Shown here: one piece after another, positions 21,297 through 31,131 of the stretch
Layout: each line of letters opens with the position of its first letter
Position numbering within the stretch: the first letter of the stretch is position 1
Origin: Planctomycetota bacterium
GTDB taxonomy: Bacteria > Planctomycetota > UBA1135 > UBA2386
Assembly (NCBI GenBank): GCA_965223545.1
Contig: OZ245006.1
Coordinates: forward strand, 1,536,001-1,600,000
Direction: 5' to 3'
DNA length: 64,000 nucleotides
Program-made: the position numbers and the translations under genes
Notes under the pieces: generated by a model
Told to the model about the DNA's origin: nothing
What the model saw: the letters and a program-made list of their open reading frames with translations, nothing else
The model's database searches: none

Positions 21297-21460
21297 GAGG
21301 GTGTGCGACCCCGGCTTGCGCTGCTTCTCACGCTCATCATGCTCCTCCCCAGCTTGCAGGAGCTCGCGTCATTCCTGGTCCATTCGCCCCAGGATCAAGC
21401 ACTCGACTCGCCGGCAGTCGTGGCGCACGGTTGGGCAAATCCGAACGAGCCTCGCCGACC

Positions 21461-21721
21461 TCACCATCCGAGGATCGCCGGCAACCGACGCCCACCGGCA
21501 TCGAGCAGGACCCACGCATTCACCAGAACAACGAAGACGGTGATCGCGCGGCCGGCCTGTGGGAGTTGCCGCCAGGCGGCGCAAGAGAGCAAGATCGCAA
21601 TCCCTGCGAAGACGATCGCCAGGCTCACGGCACCGATGTAGTCTCCGCTGGCCAAAGTCGTGCAGTTGGCGATGACGGCATAGATCGTCAGTAGAAGCGC
21701 GACGAACGGTAGGTAGCCCAT
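21461..21721 (-). CDS. Small membrane protein (about 3 TM)
   Basis: 86-aa hydrophobic ORF from ATG 21721. Confidence 0.5.
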   Translation of the reverse strand: MGYLPFVALLLTIYAVIANCTTLASGDYIGAVSLAIVFAGIAILLSCAAWRQLPQAGRAITVFVVLVNAWVLLDAGGRRLPAILGW

Positions 21722-21983
21722 GCGCGATGCCGGTCTCCGGCGCCTGGTTGAACTCGGGTCACGAGGAACTCGAGACCACCCTCCCACGATCGCCGGAGGC
21801 CGTGGGGTCAGGCCGGACCTTCCCCGCGTGTCATGCACGCAAGTGGTCGGCGACCGCGCCTGCGTCGAGATGACGACCTGCCGCATCGACTCGCCAAACG
21901 GCGGTACCCGGCGTCGGCCGTCAGCCGCTGCGAACTGCCGGCCCCCTCGCCAAAGCGCGTGGCGATCCGCCCGGACCCCCTAC

Positions 21984-22008
21984 TTGACTTAGTCCATAGC
22001 TTAGTCGA
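21984..22008 (+). promoter_or_regulatory. Putative TA promoter with autoregulatory repeats
   Basis: TTGACT -35-like hexamer overlapping two CTTAGTC copies; AT-rich patch just upstream of the antitoxin. Confidence 0.55.
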
Positions 22009-22018
22009 TAAGGACCCC

Positions 22019-22255
22019 ATGCTGACCTACAACGTGCACGACGCCAAGACGCACTTCTCGCGCCTTCTGGCCCGCGTCGCGGCCGGCGAGGAGGTCCTGA
22101 TCGCACGGGCGGGCGAGCCGGTCGCCAAGATCGTGCCGGTGCGGTCGTCGCGGCCTCGCCAGCCCGACACTCTGCGCGACCGGTTGTGGGTGGCCGACGA
22201 CTTCGACGCTCCGCTTCCGAACGACCTGCTCGATGGGTTCGAGGGAAGGGGATGA
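22019..22255 (+). CDS. Phd/YefM family antitoxin
   Basis: NVHDAKTHFSRLL..V..GEEV.I.R.G.PVAK; DDFDAPLP. Confidence 0.93.
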   Translation: MLTYNVHDAKTHFSRLLARVAAGEEVLIARAGEPVAKIVPVRSSRPRQPDTLRDRLWVADDFDAPLPNDLLDGFEGRG

Positions 22256-22641
22256 GGGCCCTGCTCGACTCCCATGTCCTTCTGTGGTGGCTCTCGGATG
22301 CGGCGCGACTCGCACCCGCGGCGCGGGCTCTGCTCGAGGACCAGCGCAGTGAGCTGCTGTGGAGCGCGGCATCGACCTGGGAGCTGGGCATCAAGGTCGC
22401 CCTCGGCAAGCTGACCCTCCCCGAGCCGCTCGAGCGGTTCGTCCCGCGGCAGATCCGCGAGCAAAGCCTGATCGGGCTGCCCATCTACCACGACCACGCC
22501 GTGCGCGCGTCGGGCTTGCCGAGCATTCATCGCGACCCGTTCGACCGGATGCTGGTCGCGCAAGCGCTGGTGGAGAACGTTCCGCTGGTCACGCGCGACC
22601 GCGCCCTGGAGGGCTACGGCGTCGGGTGCGTCGAAGCGTAA
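22252..22641 (+). CDS. vapC: PIN-domain (VapC) toxin
   Basis: LLDSHVLLWW, SAASTWE..IK, HRDPFDRMLVAQA, LVTRD; ATGA overlap with antitoxin. Confidence 0.93.
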   Translation: MRALLDSHVLLWWLSDAARLAPAARALLEDQRSELLWSAASTWELGIKVALGKLTLPEPLERFVPRQIREQSLIGLPIYHDHAVRASGLPSIHRDPFDRMLVAQALVENVPLVTRDRALEGYGVGCVEA

Positions 22642-22651
22642 GCGTCCCGCA

Positions 22652-23404
22652 TCAGCGCCGCACCCCGACGAACACGTCGCGGGGCCCATCCTCGAACGTG
22701 GAGTGCTCGAACGCCGCGATGCGCGCCTCGAACCCCGCCTGCTCGAGCACACCCAACCACGTCGCGCGGGGGAACAACCCCTCGACGTGACGGTCGTGGA
22801 CGACCCGCGGCGGCGCATTGCCCTCGCGCAACAGATACGCGTAGTCGACCACGACCGTGGTGTCGCCGGGGTCGGGGTCGTGCGACCAAGCGAGGTAGCG
22901 CAGACCACGCCCATCGCCGTCATGACCGCCGTGGCTGGTCTCTGGCGCAAACGTCTCGTGAACGTGGTCCGGCGCGAGCAGCACGGCTCCGCCCGGCGCA
23001 CAGTGCCGGTACGCGACGCGCGCCACGGCAGCGAGGTCCTCCTCCCGCGTCATGTATTGGACCGCGTCGTGCACGAAAACGCGATCGAACTCCCGACCGA
23101 GCTCCAGTTCCCGCATGTCGGCCTGGATGTGCTCGCAGCCGGGGTTCAACCCCCGGCTGACCTCCAGCATCGCCGGCGCCCGGTCGACGAGCGTGATCGA
23201 GAAGCGGTCGGCGAGGTGGGACGCGGTGTTGCCGCCACCACTCCCGAGCTCCAACAACGCCTCCATCCGGCGCGGCGCCGCGCCTTCGAGGATCGAGGCG
23301 AAGGTGGCCGCCTCCTCGGCGTAGTCCTCGGGCGCGGACAGGAGCGGCCACCACGCGGCGAGGTCGGTGTAGAGAAGCGGCTGGTCGGCGTCGGGGTTGA
23401 GCAT
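22652..23404 (-). CDS. Class I SAM-dependent methyltransferase
   Basis: LLELGSGGG, ADMREL, FDRVFVHDA. Confidence 0.88.
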   Translation of the reverse strand: MLNPDADQPLLYTDLAAWWPLLSAPEDYAEEAATFASILEGAAPRRMEALLELGSGGGNTASHLADRFSITLVDRAPAMLEVSRGLNPGCEHIQADMRELELGREFDRVFVHDAVQYMTREEDLAAVARVAYRHCAPGGAVLLAPDHVHETFAPETSHGGHDGDGRGLRYLAWSHDPDPGDTTVVVDYAYLLREGNAPPRVVHDRHVEGLFPRATWLGVLEQAGFEARIAAFEHSTFEDGPRDVFVGVRR

Positions 23405-23504
23405 GCTCGCAGAGTCCTTCGTTTCGCACTCGCGCGTCGCGACCCAGCGTAGCCGCCATTTCGTTCCCACCCGTGCAATGGCGCGCCTCCAGCGCGATCA
23501 TGGG

Positions 23505-24464
23505 ATGTCGATGGCTATCGTCCACAGTGCTTCGGGGTTCGGTGCGAACATCGCGCTGAGCTATCGCCTGACGATCGCGTCCCTGCGGCTCGTGTTCGAG
23601 CACAAGACCGTCCTGCTGCTGCCCGTGTGTACGCTCCTCGCGGTCACGGCCCTCGTCGTGGTGCCGCTGGCACTGCTGATCTGGGGCCTCAAGTACGAGC
23701 CCCAAACGACCACCAACGTGCTCGAGCTGCTGTTCTACTTCGCCGTGCAGGCGGCCAAGGCGGAGAACTGGAACCTCGCCATCTCCGTCGGCATCGTACA
23801 CGCCTACCTGCTCTGGTCGCTGTGGATGATCCCGGTGCTCACGGCCGTGCTCTACTTCTCCACCGTCGGCATGCACGTGGCGACGCAGCAGATTCGGCGC
23901 GAGGAGCCGCGGTTGAGCGCTGCGTTCGCGGTCGCGAACGCAAACTACTGGCGCATCGTGGGGCTGGCGGTGTTCAACGCCACCGTCTACGCCTGGATCA
24001 ACTACGCGCTGACGTACGTGCTGCGCGCCATTCCGTTCGCCGGGCGCTGGCTCCTCGCCGGCGTGCGCCTGGTGCTGAGCGCGCTCACCTACCTGATGCT
24101 GCCGATCGTCATCTACGAGCGAGCCGGCGCTCGCGAGGCCATGCGGTCGGCGTGGCAGCAGGTGAAGCGCACCTGGAGCGGGGTGCTGGTCGGCTCGGGG
24201 CTGATGTTCTTCGCGCTGTTCTGCCTGTTCGAGGTGTTCGCCTGGGGCGTCGCGCAACGGGTCTTGGACGTGACCACGGTGGGCATTCTGTCGCTGGTCG
24301 CCGCGGCAGTGTTGTATGCCATCGCCAACGCGGTGAGCGCCGCGCTGCGTGCCGTGCTCTATTGGTATGCCGCCACGGGAGAGCTTCCGCCGGGGTTCGA
24401 GGACCGCGACCTGCCCGAGATCGCCGAGCACCGGCCATTCACGGCGACGGCGGAGTCCGCCTGA
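23505..24464 (+). CDS. Integral membrane protein (DUF6159-like)
   Basis: About 6 TM; LPIVIYE..GAREAMRSA...VKRTW; LYWYAATGELP.GF C-terminus. Confidence 0.65.
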   Translation: MSMAIVHSASGFGANIALSYRLTIASLRLVFEHKTVLLLPVCTLLAVTALVVVPLALLIWGLKYEPQTTTNVLELLFYFAVQAAKAENWNLAISVGIVHAYLLWSLWMIPVLTAVLYFSTVGMHVATQQIRREEPRLSAAFAVANANYWRIVGLAVFNATVYAWINYALTYVLRAIPFAGRWLLAGVRLVLSALTYLMLPIVIYERAGAREAMRSAWQQVKRTWSGVLVGSGLMFFALFCLFEVFAWGVAQRVLDVTTVGILSLVAAAVLYAIANAVSAALRAVLYWYAATGELPPGFEDRDLPEIAEHRPFTATAESA

Positions 24465-24484
24465 CGCACACGCTCCCCACTGCC

Positions 24485-27106
24485 CTAATGCCGAACCGTC
24501 GCCTCCCGCGCCCGCGTGTGCGCTTCCCGCAACGCGTCGATCAGCTCCCCATACCCCGCATAACGATCCCCCGGCGCGGTGCTCAACAACCGCGCCAGCA
24601 CTCCCACGACACACTCGGCAACTCCACCCTCCCGCAAACGCGGCGCTTCCACCGGCGTCGTCAACCGCGCCAGCTGCTCGCTCGGCTCGGTGCCCCATAG
24701 CGGGTGGCCGGTGAGCAGGTGATAGAGCAACACCCCGAGCGCGTACATATCCGACTGTGCCGACGCCGGCTTGCCCCGCAACAACTCCGGCGCCAGGTAG
24801 GCCAGGGTGCCGACGACCTTGCCGGTGCCGGTGAGGCTCGCCTGTGACGCGGCGAGCTTGGCGAGGCCGAAGTCGGTGAGCTTGATCACGCCGCGCTCGT
24901 TGCGCATCACGTTGGACAGCTTGATGTCGCGGTGGATGACCTGTTGTTCGTGGGCGTAGGCGAGCGCGTGCGAGAGATCGAGGGCGATGGCGATCGCGGC
25001 GTCGGCGGGCAGGGAGCCCTTTTGCTCGAGCTCCTCGGCCAGCGTGCCGTTGGCGAGGTATTCCATGGCGAGGAACAGGCGGCTGCCGACCTCCTCGAGC
25101 GCGTGCAGCTGCGTGATGTTGGGGTGGTTGAGGTTGGCGAGCAGGTGCGCCTCGCGCCGCAGCCGGCTGGCCAGATCGTCGCCGGTCGGGTCGACGATGA
25201 ACTTGAGGGCGACGCGGCGGCGCAGACGCTCATCGATCGCTTCATACACCGAGCCCATGCCGCCGCGGCCGAGATGGCGGCCCAGCCGGTAGTGTCCGAC
25301 GCGCGCGCCGGGCGCCAGGCCGACGAGCTCGCCAGCATCCTCGGACTCGGTCGGTTGGCTCCGCGCGCGCGCGCGGTCGATGACCAGCGCGGCCTGGTTG
25401 GCGACGGTCTTGAGCAAGTCCAAGTCCTCGCTGTTGATCGGCGCTCCGTCGCGGCGCGGTCCCAGCGCGAGCAAGCCGACCAGCTGCTGGCGCACCGAGG
25501 TGAGCGGCAGCAGGAGAACCGCGCCGAGCTGGCTCATCCGCTCCAAGCACGACTCCCGGACCGCGGCCAGGCGGGGGTTGTCGTCGAAGTCGTCGCGATG
25601 GATCTCGGACGAGATCAGCGACGCCAGCTGCATCAGCGGCTCGTCCATGGTGAGCACGTCGCTGCAGGACACCGGCACCCGCGCGGAACGCGCCTCGAGC
25701 ACGAACCCCTCGCTCTTGTTGAGGAACACCGTGGCGCACTCGAGGCCGGCGACCTCGGTGGTGATCCGCACCAGACTCTCCGCTGCCTCACGCTCGTCGC
25801 GCAGCGCGCCGAGCTCGGCGCTGGCGTCGCGCAGCGCTTCCAGATAGCGAAACCGGTCGAGGTTGATGCCCCGGTCGACGAGCTGCTGCACCCGCGGCCG
25901 CAGCGCCCCGCCGATCAACACCGCCACGCACAGGAACACGCCAGTGACCACGGGCGAACGCGCCAGCTCGCTGTCGCCGAACAGCGCACCGACCGCCGCC
26001 GCCAGCGCACCGTAGACGAGGGCCGCGACCAGAAAGAGCCCGCCCCAGGCCACGCTGCGGCGGAAGACGACCTCCACGTCGAACAATCGGTGCATGAGGA
26101 TGCCGTAGCCGAACACGACGGGGATCAACAGCAGCCCCAGGGCGAGGTACGGAGACGGGGGCACGAAGAACGAGTAGCCAATCGCCACGACCCCCACCGA
26201 TGCCACCATGCTCCCGATGTACAGCTCGAGCTTGCGCGCCTCCTGCCGCGTCGGCGCCACCAAGCGGGCGCAAAGGACGTAGGCCACGGCGAAGACCATG
26301 AACAGCACGCGCACCGCGGCGACGTAGCCGTTGCCGTCGCTTACCGAACCGCTCGCCGAGCCCGCCAGGATCGCGGCGAACGCGACGATCCACGGCAGCG
26401 CGTGCACCCACGGGCGGCCATCCACCCACGCCCGGGGCCCCAGCGCGAGCACGAGGGTCATCCACGCCGGGCCGGTGGCGTAGCGGAACAGGACCGCGAG
26501 CCACTCGAACCGAGGCGTCGGGCCGCCGAGGACCGGCCCGATCAGGAACTCGGTACCGATGACTCCGGAGCCGATGGCAAAGGCGAGCGCCTCCCGCGAG
26601 CTCGGGCGCGCGCGAAACACCAGCAGGCCGAACGCCGCGATGAAGAACCCGACGATGGGATAGAGCAGGGAGCGCTGCAGGAAGATCTGCTCCGGCAACC
26701 GCGCGAGCGCGAGCCCGACCTCGCTGCTGACACCCCCGGGATCCACAACCCGCAACCCGACCCGATCGCCGACTGCCGCGCGACCGAGCGCGGCGCGCAT
26801 GGCGTGGCCAGCAGCCAACGCGTCATGCTGGGTGCGGCCGACCAGCGGATCTGCGTGCGCGGGCAGCGCGTGCCAAGTCTCGCCTGTCCGAACCGCCACT
26901 GCCGACAGCGTGCTCCGCTCCAACAGCGGCCGCAGCTCTTCCGGGACCTCTTCCAGATGCCGGTAGTTGACGGTGCCGTGCGGCCCCAGCGTGAACCCCG
27001 GCCACGGGGTCGACCGCCAAGCCAGCGCGTCGTGGACCTGCACGACCACCAGGAACAGCAACACGGCGACCGCGGTGCTGAACCAAACGCGTTGAGTCTT
27101 GGACAT
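24485..27106 (-). CDS. Membrane Ser/Thr protein kinase (multi-TM + GAF + C-terminal kinase)
   Basis: LGRGGMGSVY, VALKF, HRDIKLSN, DFGLAK, GTLAYLAPE; GAF-like LVGLLALGPR...LL.TVANQAA. Confidence 0.92.
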   Translation of the reverse strand: MSKTQRVWFSTAVAVLLFLVVVQVHDALAWRSTPWPGFTLGPHGTVNYRHLEEVPEELRPLLERSTLSAVAVRTGETWHALPAHADPLVGRTQHDALAAGHAMRAALGRAAVGDRVGLRVVDPGGVSSEVGLALARLPEQIFLQRSLLYPIVGFFIAAFGLLVFRARPSSREALAFAIGSGVIGTEFLIGPVLGGPTPRFEWLAVLFRYATGPAWMTLVLALGPRAWVDGRPWVHALPWIVAFAAILAGSASGSVSDGNGYVAAVRVLFMVFAVAYVLCARLVAPTRQEARKLELYIGSMVASVGVVAIGYSFFVPPSPYLALGLLLIPVVFGYGILMHRLFDVEVVFRRSVAWGGLFLVAALVYGALAAAVGALFGDSELARSPVVTGVFLCVAVLIGGALRPRVQQLVDRGINLDRFRYLEALRDASAELGALRDEREAAESLVRITTEVAGLECATVFLNKSEGFVLEARSARVPVSCSDVLTMDEPLMQLASLISSEIHRDDFDDNPRLAAVRESCLERMSQLGAVLLLPLTSVRQQLVGLLALGPRRDGAPINSEDLDLLKTVANQAALVIDRARARSQPTESEDAGELVGLAPGARVGHYRLGRHLGRGGMGSVYEAIDERLRRRVALKFIVDPTGDDLASRLRREAHLLANLNHPNITQLHALEEVGSRLFLAMEYLANGTLAEELEQKGSLPADAAIAIALDLSHALAYAHEQQVIHRDIKLSNVMRNERGVIKLTDFGLAKLAASQASLTGTGKVVGTLAYLAPELLRGKPASAQSDMYALGVLLYHLLTGHPLWGTEPSEQLARLTTPVEAPRLREGGVAECVVGVLARLLSTAPGDRYAGYGELIDALREAHTRAREATVRH

Positions 27107-27198
27107 GGAACCAGACGCCGGCGAGCAGCGTCTCCCGGGTCAATAGAACACGACGCCGGCACCGCGTCCAACCGGGCGCCCTGCGGCATGAGAGACGC

Positions 27199-27867
27199 TC
27201 ACACGCGATCGATCAGCGGTTGGTAGCGGTCCAGCTTGCGCTCGAGGCACTCGATGACCTTCTTCTTGGCGCGGCTGAACACGACGCGCGTCACGTTGAC
27301 GTCGGCGTGCCCCACCGCACTGGCGATCTCCTCGAACGACACATCGGAACGCCGCAAGACGTACACCCGCCGCGCCTGCTCGTTGTCCAAGCGCTGCACG
27401 CAGCTGGCCTCGGAACCCTCCAGCTCGAGCGCGCGCAGCTCACCACTCGCGCTCGGCGTGGCGCGGTCCGCCGTGCCGGCGACCAGATCGATGCCCTGCG
27501 AGTCGTGCTGCTGCTGCACGCGGCCGCCGCCGCTGCGCTGGCGCCGATGCCGCCGCCACTCATCGGCCACCTGGTTCTTGGCCAAGCGCCGCACCCACGC
27601 CCAAAACTTCGTCCGCCCCTCGAGCCGGAGCTGCGGCAGGTCGCGCAGCATCCGCACCAGGACTGCGCTGAGCAGGTCTTCGAACTCGACCTCGGGCGGC
27701 AAGCGCAGCGCGGCACAATCGTGGCGCAAGAACGCCTGCACGCGCTCGGACAAACGCTGCCAAGATCGGTTCCAGGCCGACGCGTCCTCGGCCTGCGCCC
27801 GCCGCGCGCACTCGACGTCGCGCAACGTGTCGGGCTCGGGCGGGCGATCGGGGTCGGGAGCAGCCAT
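27199..27867 (-). CDS. ECF sigma-70 factor
   Basis: Region 2 EDLL...FWAWVRRLAKNQVAD; region 4 SFEEIA...RAKK. Confidence 0.85.
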   Translation of the reverse strand: MAAPDPDRPPEPDTLRDVECARRAQAEDASAWNRSWQRLSERVQAFLRHDCAALRLPPEVEFEDLLSAVLVRMLRDLPQLRLEGRTKFWAWVRRLAKNQVADEWRRHRRQRSGGGRVQQQHDSQGIDLVAGTADRATPSASGELRALELEGSEASCVQRLDNEQARRVYVLRRSDVSFEEIASAVGHADVNVTRVVFSRAKKKVIECLERKLDRYQPLIDRV

Positions 27868-27918
27868 GGCGATTGCATCCTACTTCATGCTGGGGTGCGG
27901 CTCGCGTGCCCGGCCACC

Positions 27919-30900
27919 TCACAGGCCGAGCTGCATCCAAAGGCCGTTGGTGGCGACGATCTCTGGCGCGAGCGCGTCGATCCACAGCGCCTGGGCGGCG
28001 ACGTCGAGGCCGTTGAGCGACGCATTGCTCGGCACGAAAACGTCCTGGCACCACGCCGGCCCGGTGAGAAAGGCGACGACAATCAGCGACCACGGGTCGA
28101 TCTGAGCCTGGCACCCCGGCGCGAACGACGGCGCCGCCCAGGGCTGCGCAGCCACGAGCCCCATGGCGAGCACGCCGGCGGAGCCGATCGGGCCACGCGT
28201 GCCGCACAGGCGCGCCACTCCGCCCAACGCCGGCGCGGTCGACGCCAGCGACGGGTAGGTCGTGCCGCAAGACGGACCGAGCGGCTGGGCGGATGCGCCG
28301 GGGAGCTCGATCTTCCACAGCTCGGAGCCCTTGACGCCATCGCTCGCCGCGAAGAAGAGGCGCCCGCCGCTGAGCGCGAAGCTGACCGGCGGACTCGACG
28401 CCGCGGTCCCCGGGTTGATGTCGCAGACCAGCGCGGTGCCGGCCGCGGTTCCGTCGGAGACGTAGAGCTCCCGCCCCAAGTCGACGTCCGCGGTGAAGTA
28501 GACGCGGCCACCGACGGCCTGAAACACCAGATGGTTGGCCGATGCCGCACCGGGCGCCAGGTCTTTGGTCAGGACCGTCCCGGTCGGCGTGCCGTCCGTG
28601 ACCCACAGCTCCTGACCATTGACTCCGTCGTCGGCGGTGAAGAACAGCCCTGCGTCCGCGGAGGTCAGATTCGCCGGGCGCGCGTGCGCGGTCCCCGCGG
28701 CAAGGTCCATCACCAGTGCCGTTCCGGCGGCGGTGCCATCCGACTGGAACAGCTCGGCGCCGGTCGCCGGGGTGACCGCGCTGAAGAACACGCGGGCTCC
28801 ATGCGCAGTGAGCTGCATCGGGACCGAGCTGCCAGTGCCCGCCACGAGATCGGCGACCATGACCGTTCCGGCGAACGTGCCGTCGGTCTTCCACAGCTCG
28901 CGGCCCGCCACCGGATCGGTGGCCGCGAAGTACACCTCGTCACCGGCGCGCACCAGCCAGGACGGAGCCGCGTGCGCCGCGCGCGGCGCGATGTCGCGGA
29001 TCATCCACGTGCCGAACGGCGTGCCATCCGAGCGCCAGAGCTCGGCGCCGTTGGTGCCGTTGTCCGCGGCGAAGAGCACGACGCCTCCGAACGCGACGAG
29101 ATCCTTGGGGTTGGAGCCCGAGCCACCGGGCAGGATGTCACGCACCAGGACCGTGCCGGCTGCGGTTCCGTCCGACTTCCACAGCTCGCGACCCAGCGAC
29201 GAGAACGCCGTGAAGTAGAGAGTGTCGGCGCACACGACGAGGTCTTGCGGGAGGCTCGAGCTCGGGTTGATGTCCGCCACCATGACGGTGCCTGCGGTAG
29301 TGCCATCGGTCTTCCACAGCTCGTAGCCGTTGACGCCGTCGTTGGCGACGAAGAAGACCCGATCCCCGTACGAGACGAACGCGTCCGGGTTGCTGCTCGC
29401 GCTGCCGGGCCGGATGTCCTTGACGAACACCGTCCCGGCGGCGGTGCCGTCGGACTTCCACAGCTCTCTCCCGTTGATGCCGTCGTCGGCCGAGAAGTAC
29501 ACCGTGCCCCGGTGGTCCTTGAGGTCGAGCGGTCGGCCCGAGGCCGTGCTGGTCCCCGGCAGAATCTCCAACAGCAGGCCCGTGCCGGCCGGCGTGCCGT
29601 CGGATTCGAACAGCTCCGCGCCGCTGACCGAGTCGTTGGCCGAGAACAGGACGCGGCCGCCGATCGCAGTCACGTCTTTCGGGTTGCTCCCCGTCGGCCC
29701 CGGGTAGAGATCCGCGGCCAGCACCGCCGCCGTGCCATCGGAGACCCAGAGCTCGCGCCCGACTGCCGCCGTCGTCGCGCTGAAGAAGATCCGAGTGCCG
29801 TCGCTGACGAGCTCCGTGGGCGACGACGACGTCGAATCGCCGGTGATGTCGTGGACCAGCGCGGTCCCCGCCGCGGTCCCGTCGGTCTTCCACAGCTCCG
29901 TGCCGCTGCCGGGTCCCGCCGCCGCGAAGTACACCTCACCGGCGTGCTCGACGAAGTAGCGCGGGCCGCTCGACGCCGACCCGGGATTGATGTCGGCCAA
30001 CAGCAGCGTCCCCGCGGCAGTGCCGTCGGTCACCCACAGCTCGTTGCCGTTGGTGCCGTCGTGCGCGGGAAACAGCAGCCTGCCGCCAAACACGATCGCG
30101 TGCTGGAGGGTGACGGAGTTGGCCCTGCCAGGATTGATGTCTTTGACCCTGTAGGTGCCGGCGGCGGTGCCATCCGTGCGCCAGAGCTCGGTCCCGTTGG
30201 CATCGCGCCCGGTGAACAGCGTAGCAGCGCCGAGGGGCCGGAAGTCGGCGGGCGCGCCGTGGCCCGCGCCCCACAGATCGGTAACCATCACCGTTCCGGC
30301 GGGGGTTCCGTCGGTCTTCCACAGCTCGGCGCCGGCCTGGCCGTCGTCGGCGCGGAACAGGATCGACGTGCCGGCCGCATCCCGCGTCAGGTAGGCCGGC
30401 CGGCTGTCGCCGGCCCCGGGCAGGATGTCCTTGAGCTGCACGGTGCCGGCGTCCGTGCCGTCCGACATCCACAGCTCCACCCCACTGCTCTCCGTGCGCG
30501 CCGCGAACAACACCACACCGCCCATGCACTCGAGGTAGGCGGGATCGCTGGAGTTGTTCACGCCGGGATCGATGTCCTTGACCATCATGGTCCCCGCCGC
30601 GGTGCCGTCCGACTTCCACAGCTCGGCGCCCGCCGCGCCGCTCGTGGCGGCGAAGAACAGCGTGCCACCGCAGTCGACCAGCCACAGTGGGCGAGACGGC
30701 GCGGGGCCTGGGTTGATGTCCTTGACCATCACCGTGCCGCCCGCCGTGCCGTCGGTCCGCCACAGCTCGGTGCCGTGCGCGCTGTCGGCGGCGGTGAAGT
30801 ACCAATGCGACCCCACCTTGAGGTAGGTGGAGACGTGCGCGTTGCCAGCGCCGAAACGGGCCCGGGACGGCCGGGCGCCGAGCGGCGTGCTGCCGGTCTG

Positions 30901-31008
30901 GTTGACGTCGGCGACCAGCTCACACACTTGCGCGCCGAGCGGCATTGCCAGGAGCGCAACGGCGAGCAGCGACGGGGCGCGACGAGGGGAGGAGGGAACG
31001 GGGTTCAT
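27919..31008 (-). CDS. Secreted ELWxxDGT repeat protein with C-terminal module
   Basis: Signal ending LGAQ; about 18 ELWxxDGT-type repeats; non-repeat C-terminal ~125 aa. Confidence 0.93.
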   Translation of the reverse strand: MNPVPSSPRRAPSLLAVALLAMPLGAQVCELVADVNQTGSTPLGARPSRARFGAGNAHVSTYLKVGSHWYFTAADSAHGTELWRTDGTAGGTVMVKDINPGPAPSRPLWLVDCGGTLFFAATSGAAGAELWKSDGTAAGTMMVKDIDPGVNNSSDPAYLECMGGVVLFAARTESSGVELWMSDGTDAGTVQLKDILPGAGDSRPAYLTRDAAGTSILFRADDGQAGAELWKTDGTPAGTVMVTDLWGAGHGAPADFRPLGAATLFTGRDANGTELWRTDGTAAGTYRVKDINPGRANSVTLQHAIVFGGRLLFPAHDGTNGNELWVTDGTAAGTLLLADINPGSASSGPRYFVEHAGEVYFAAAGPGSGTELWKTDGTAAGTALVHDITGDSTSSSPTELVSDGTRIFFSATTAAVGRELWVSDGTAAVLAADLYPGPTGSNPKDVTAIGGRVLFSANDSVSGAELFESDGTPAGTGLLLEILPGTSTASGRPLDLKDHRGTVYFSADDGINGRELWKSDGTAAGTVFVKDIRPGSASSNPDAFVSYGDRVFFVANDGVNGYELWKTDGTTAGTVMVADINPSSSLPQDLVVCADTLYFTAFSSLGRELWKSDGTAAGTVLVRDILPGGSGSNPKDLVAFGGVVLFAADNGTNGAELWRSDGTPFGTWMIRDIAPRAAHAAPSWLVRAGDEVYFAATDPVAGRELWKTDGTFAGTVMVADLVAGTGSSVPMQLTAHGARVFFSAVTPATGAELFQSDGTAAGTALVMDLAAGTAHARPANLTSADAGLFFTADDGVNGQELWVTDGTPTGTVLTKDLAPGAASANHLVFQAVGGRVYFTADVDLGRELYVSDGTAAGTALVCDINPGTAASSPPVSFALSGGRLFFAASDGVKGSELWKIELPGASAQPLGPSCGTTYPSLASTAPALGGVARLCGTRGPIGSAGVLAMGLVAAQPWAAPSFAPGCQAQIDPWSLIVVAFLTGPAWCQDVFVPSNASLNGLDVAAQALWIDALAPEIVATNGLWMQLGL

Positions 31009-31131
31009 CGGCTCGGCTTCCTTGGCAGCAGTCGTAGGGGCCGTTCGCGCGGCCGCCCGGATCGACCCGCCAGCGGCAGCAGCACTGCCCGCATAACAAG
31101 GAAACCGACTTTCTGAGCGCCCGCCGCCCGC

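Noticed and set aside
17704..24464. Intact prophage/ICE at tRNA-Pro
   Set aside because: No integrase, phage or conjugation genes, and no distal tRNA 3' duplication seen
28300..30800. Regularly spaced CCACAGCTC repeats resembling a CRISPR array
   Set aside because: They are the ELW codons of protein repeats within one ORF; degenerate at wobble positions; no cas genes
27220..31116. 1298-aa plus-strand ORF and many other long antisense ORFs
   Set aside because: Shadow frames of real genes in high-GC DNA; the repeats mirror the ELWxxDGT gene
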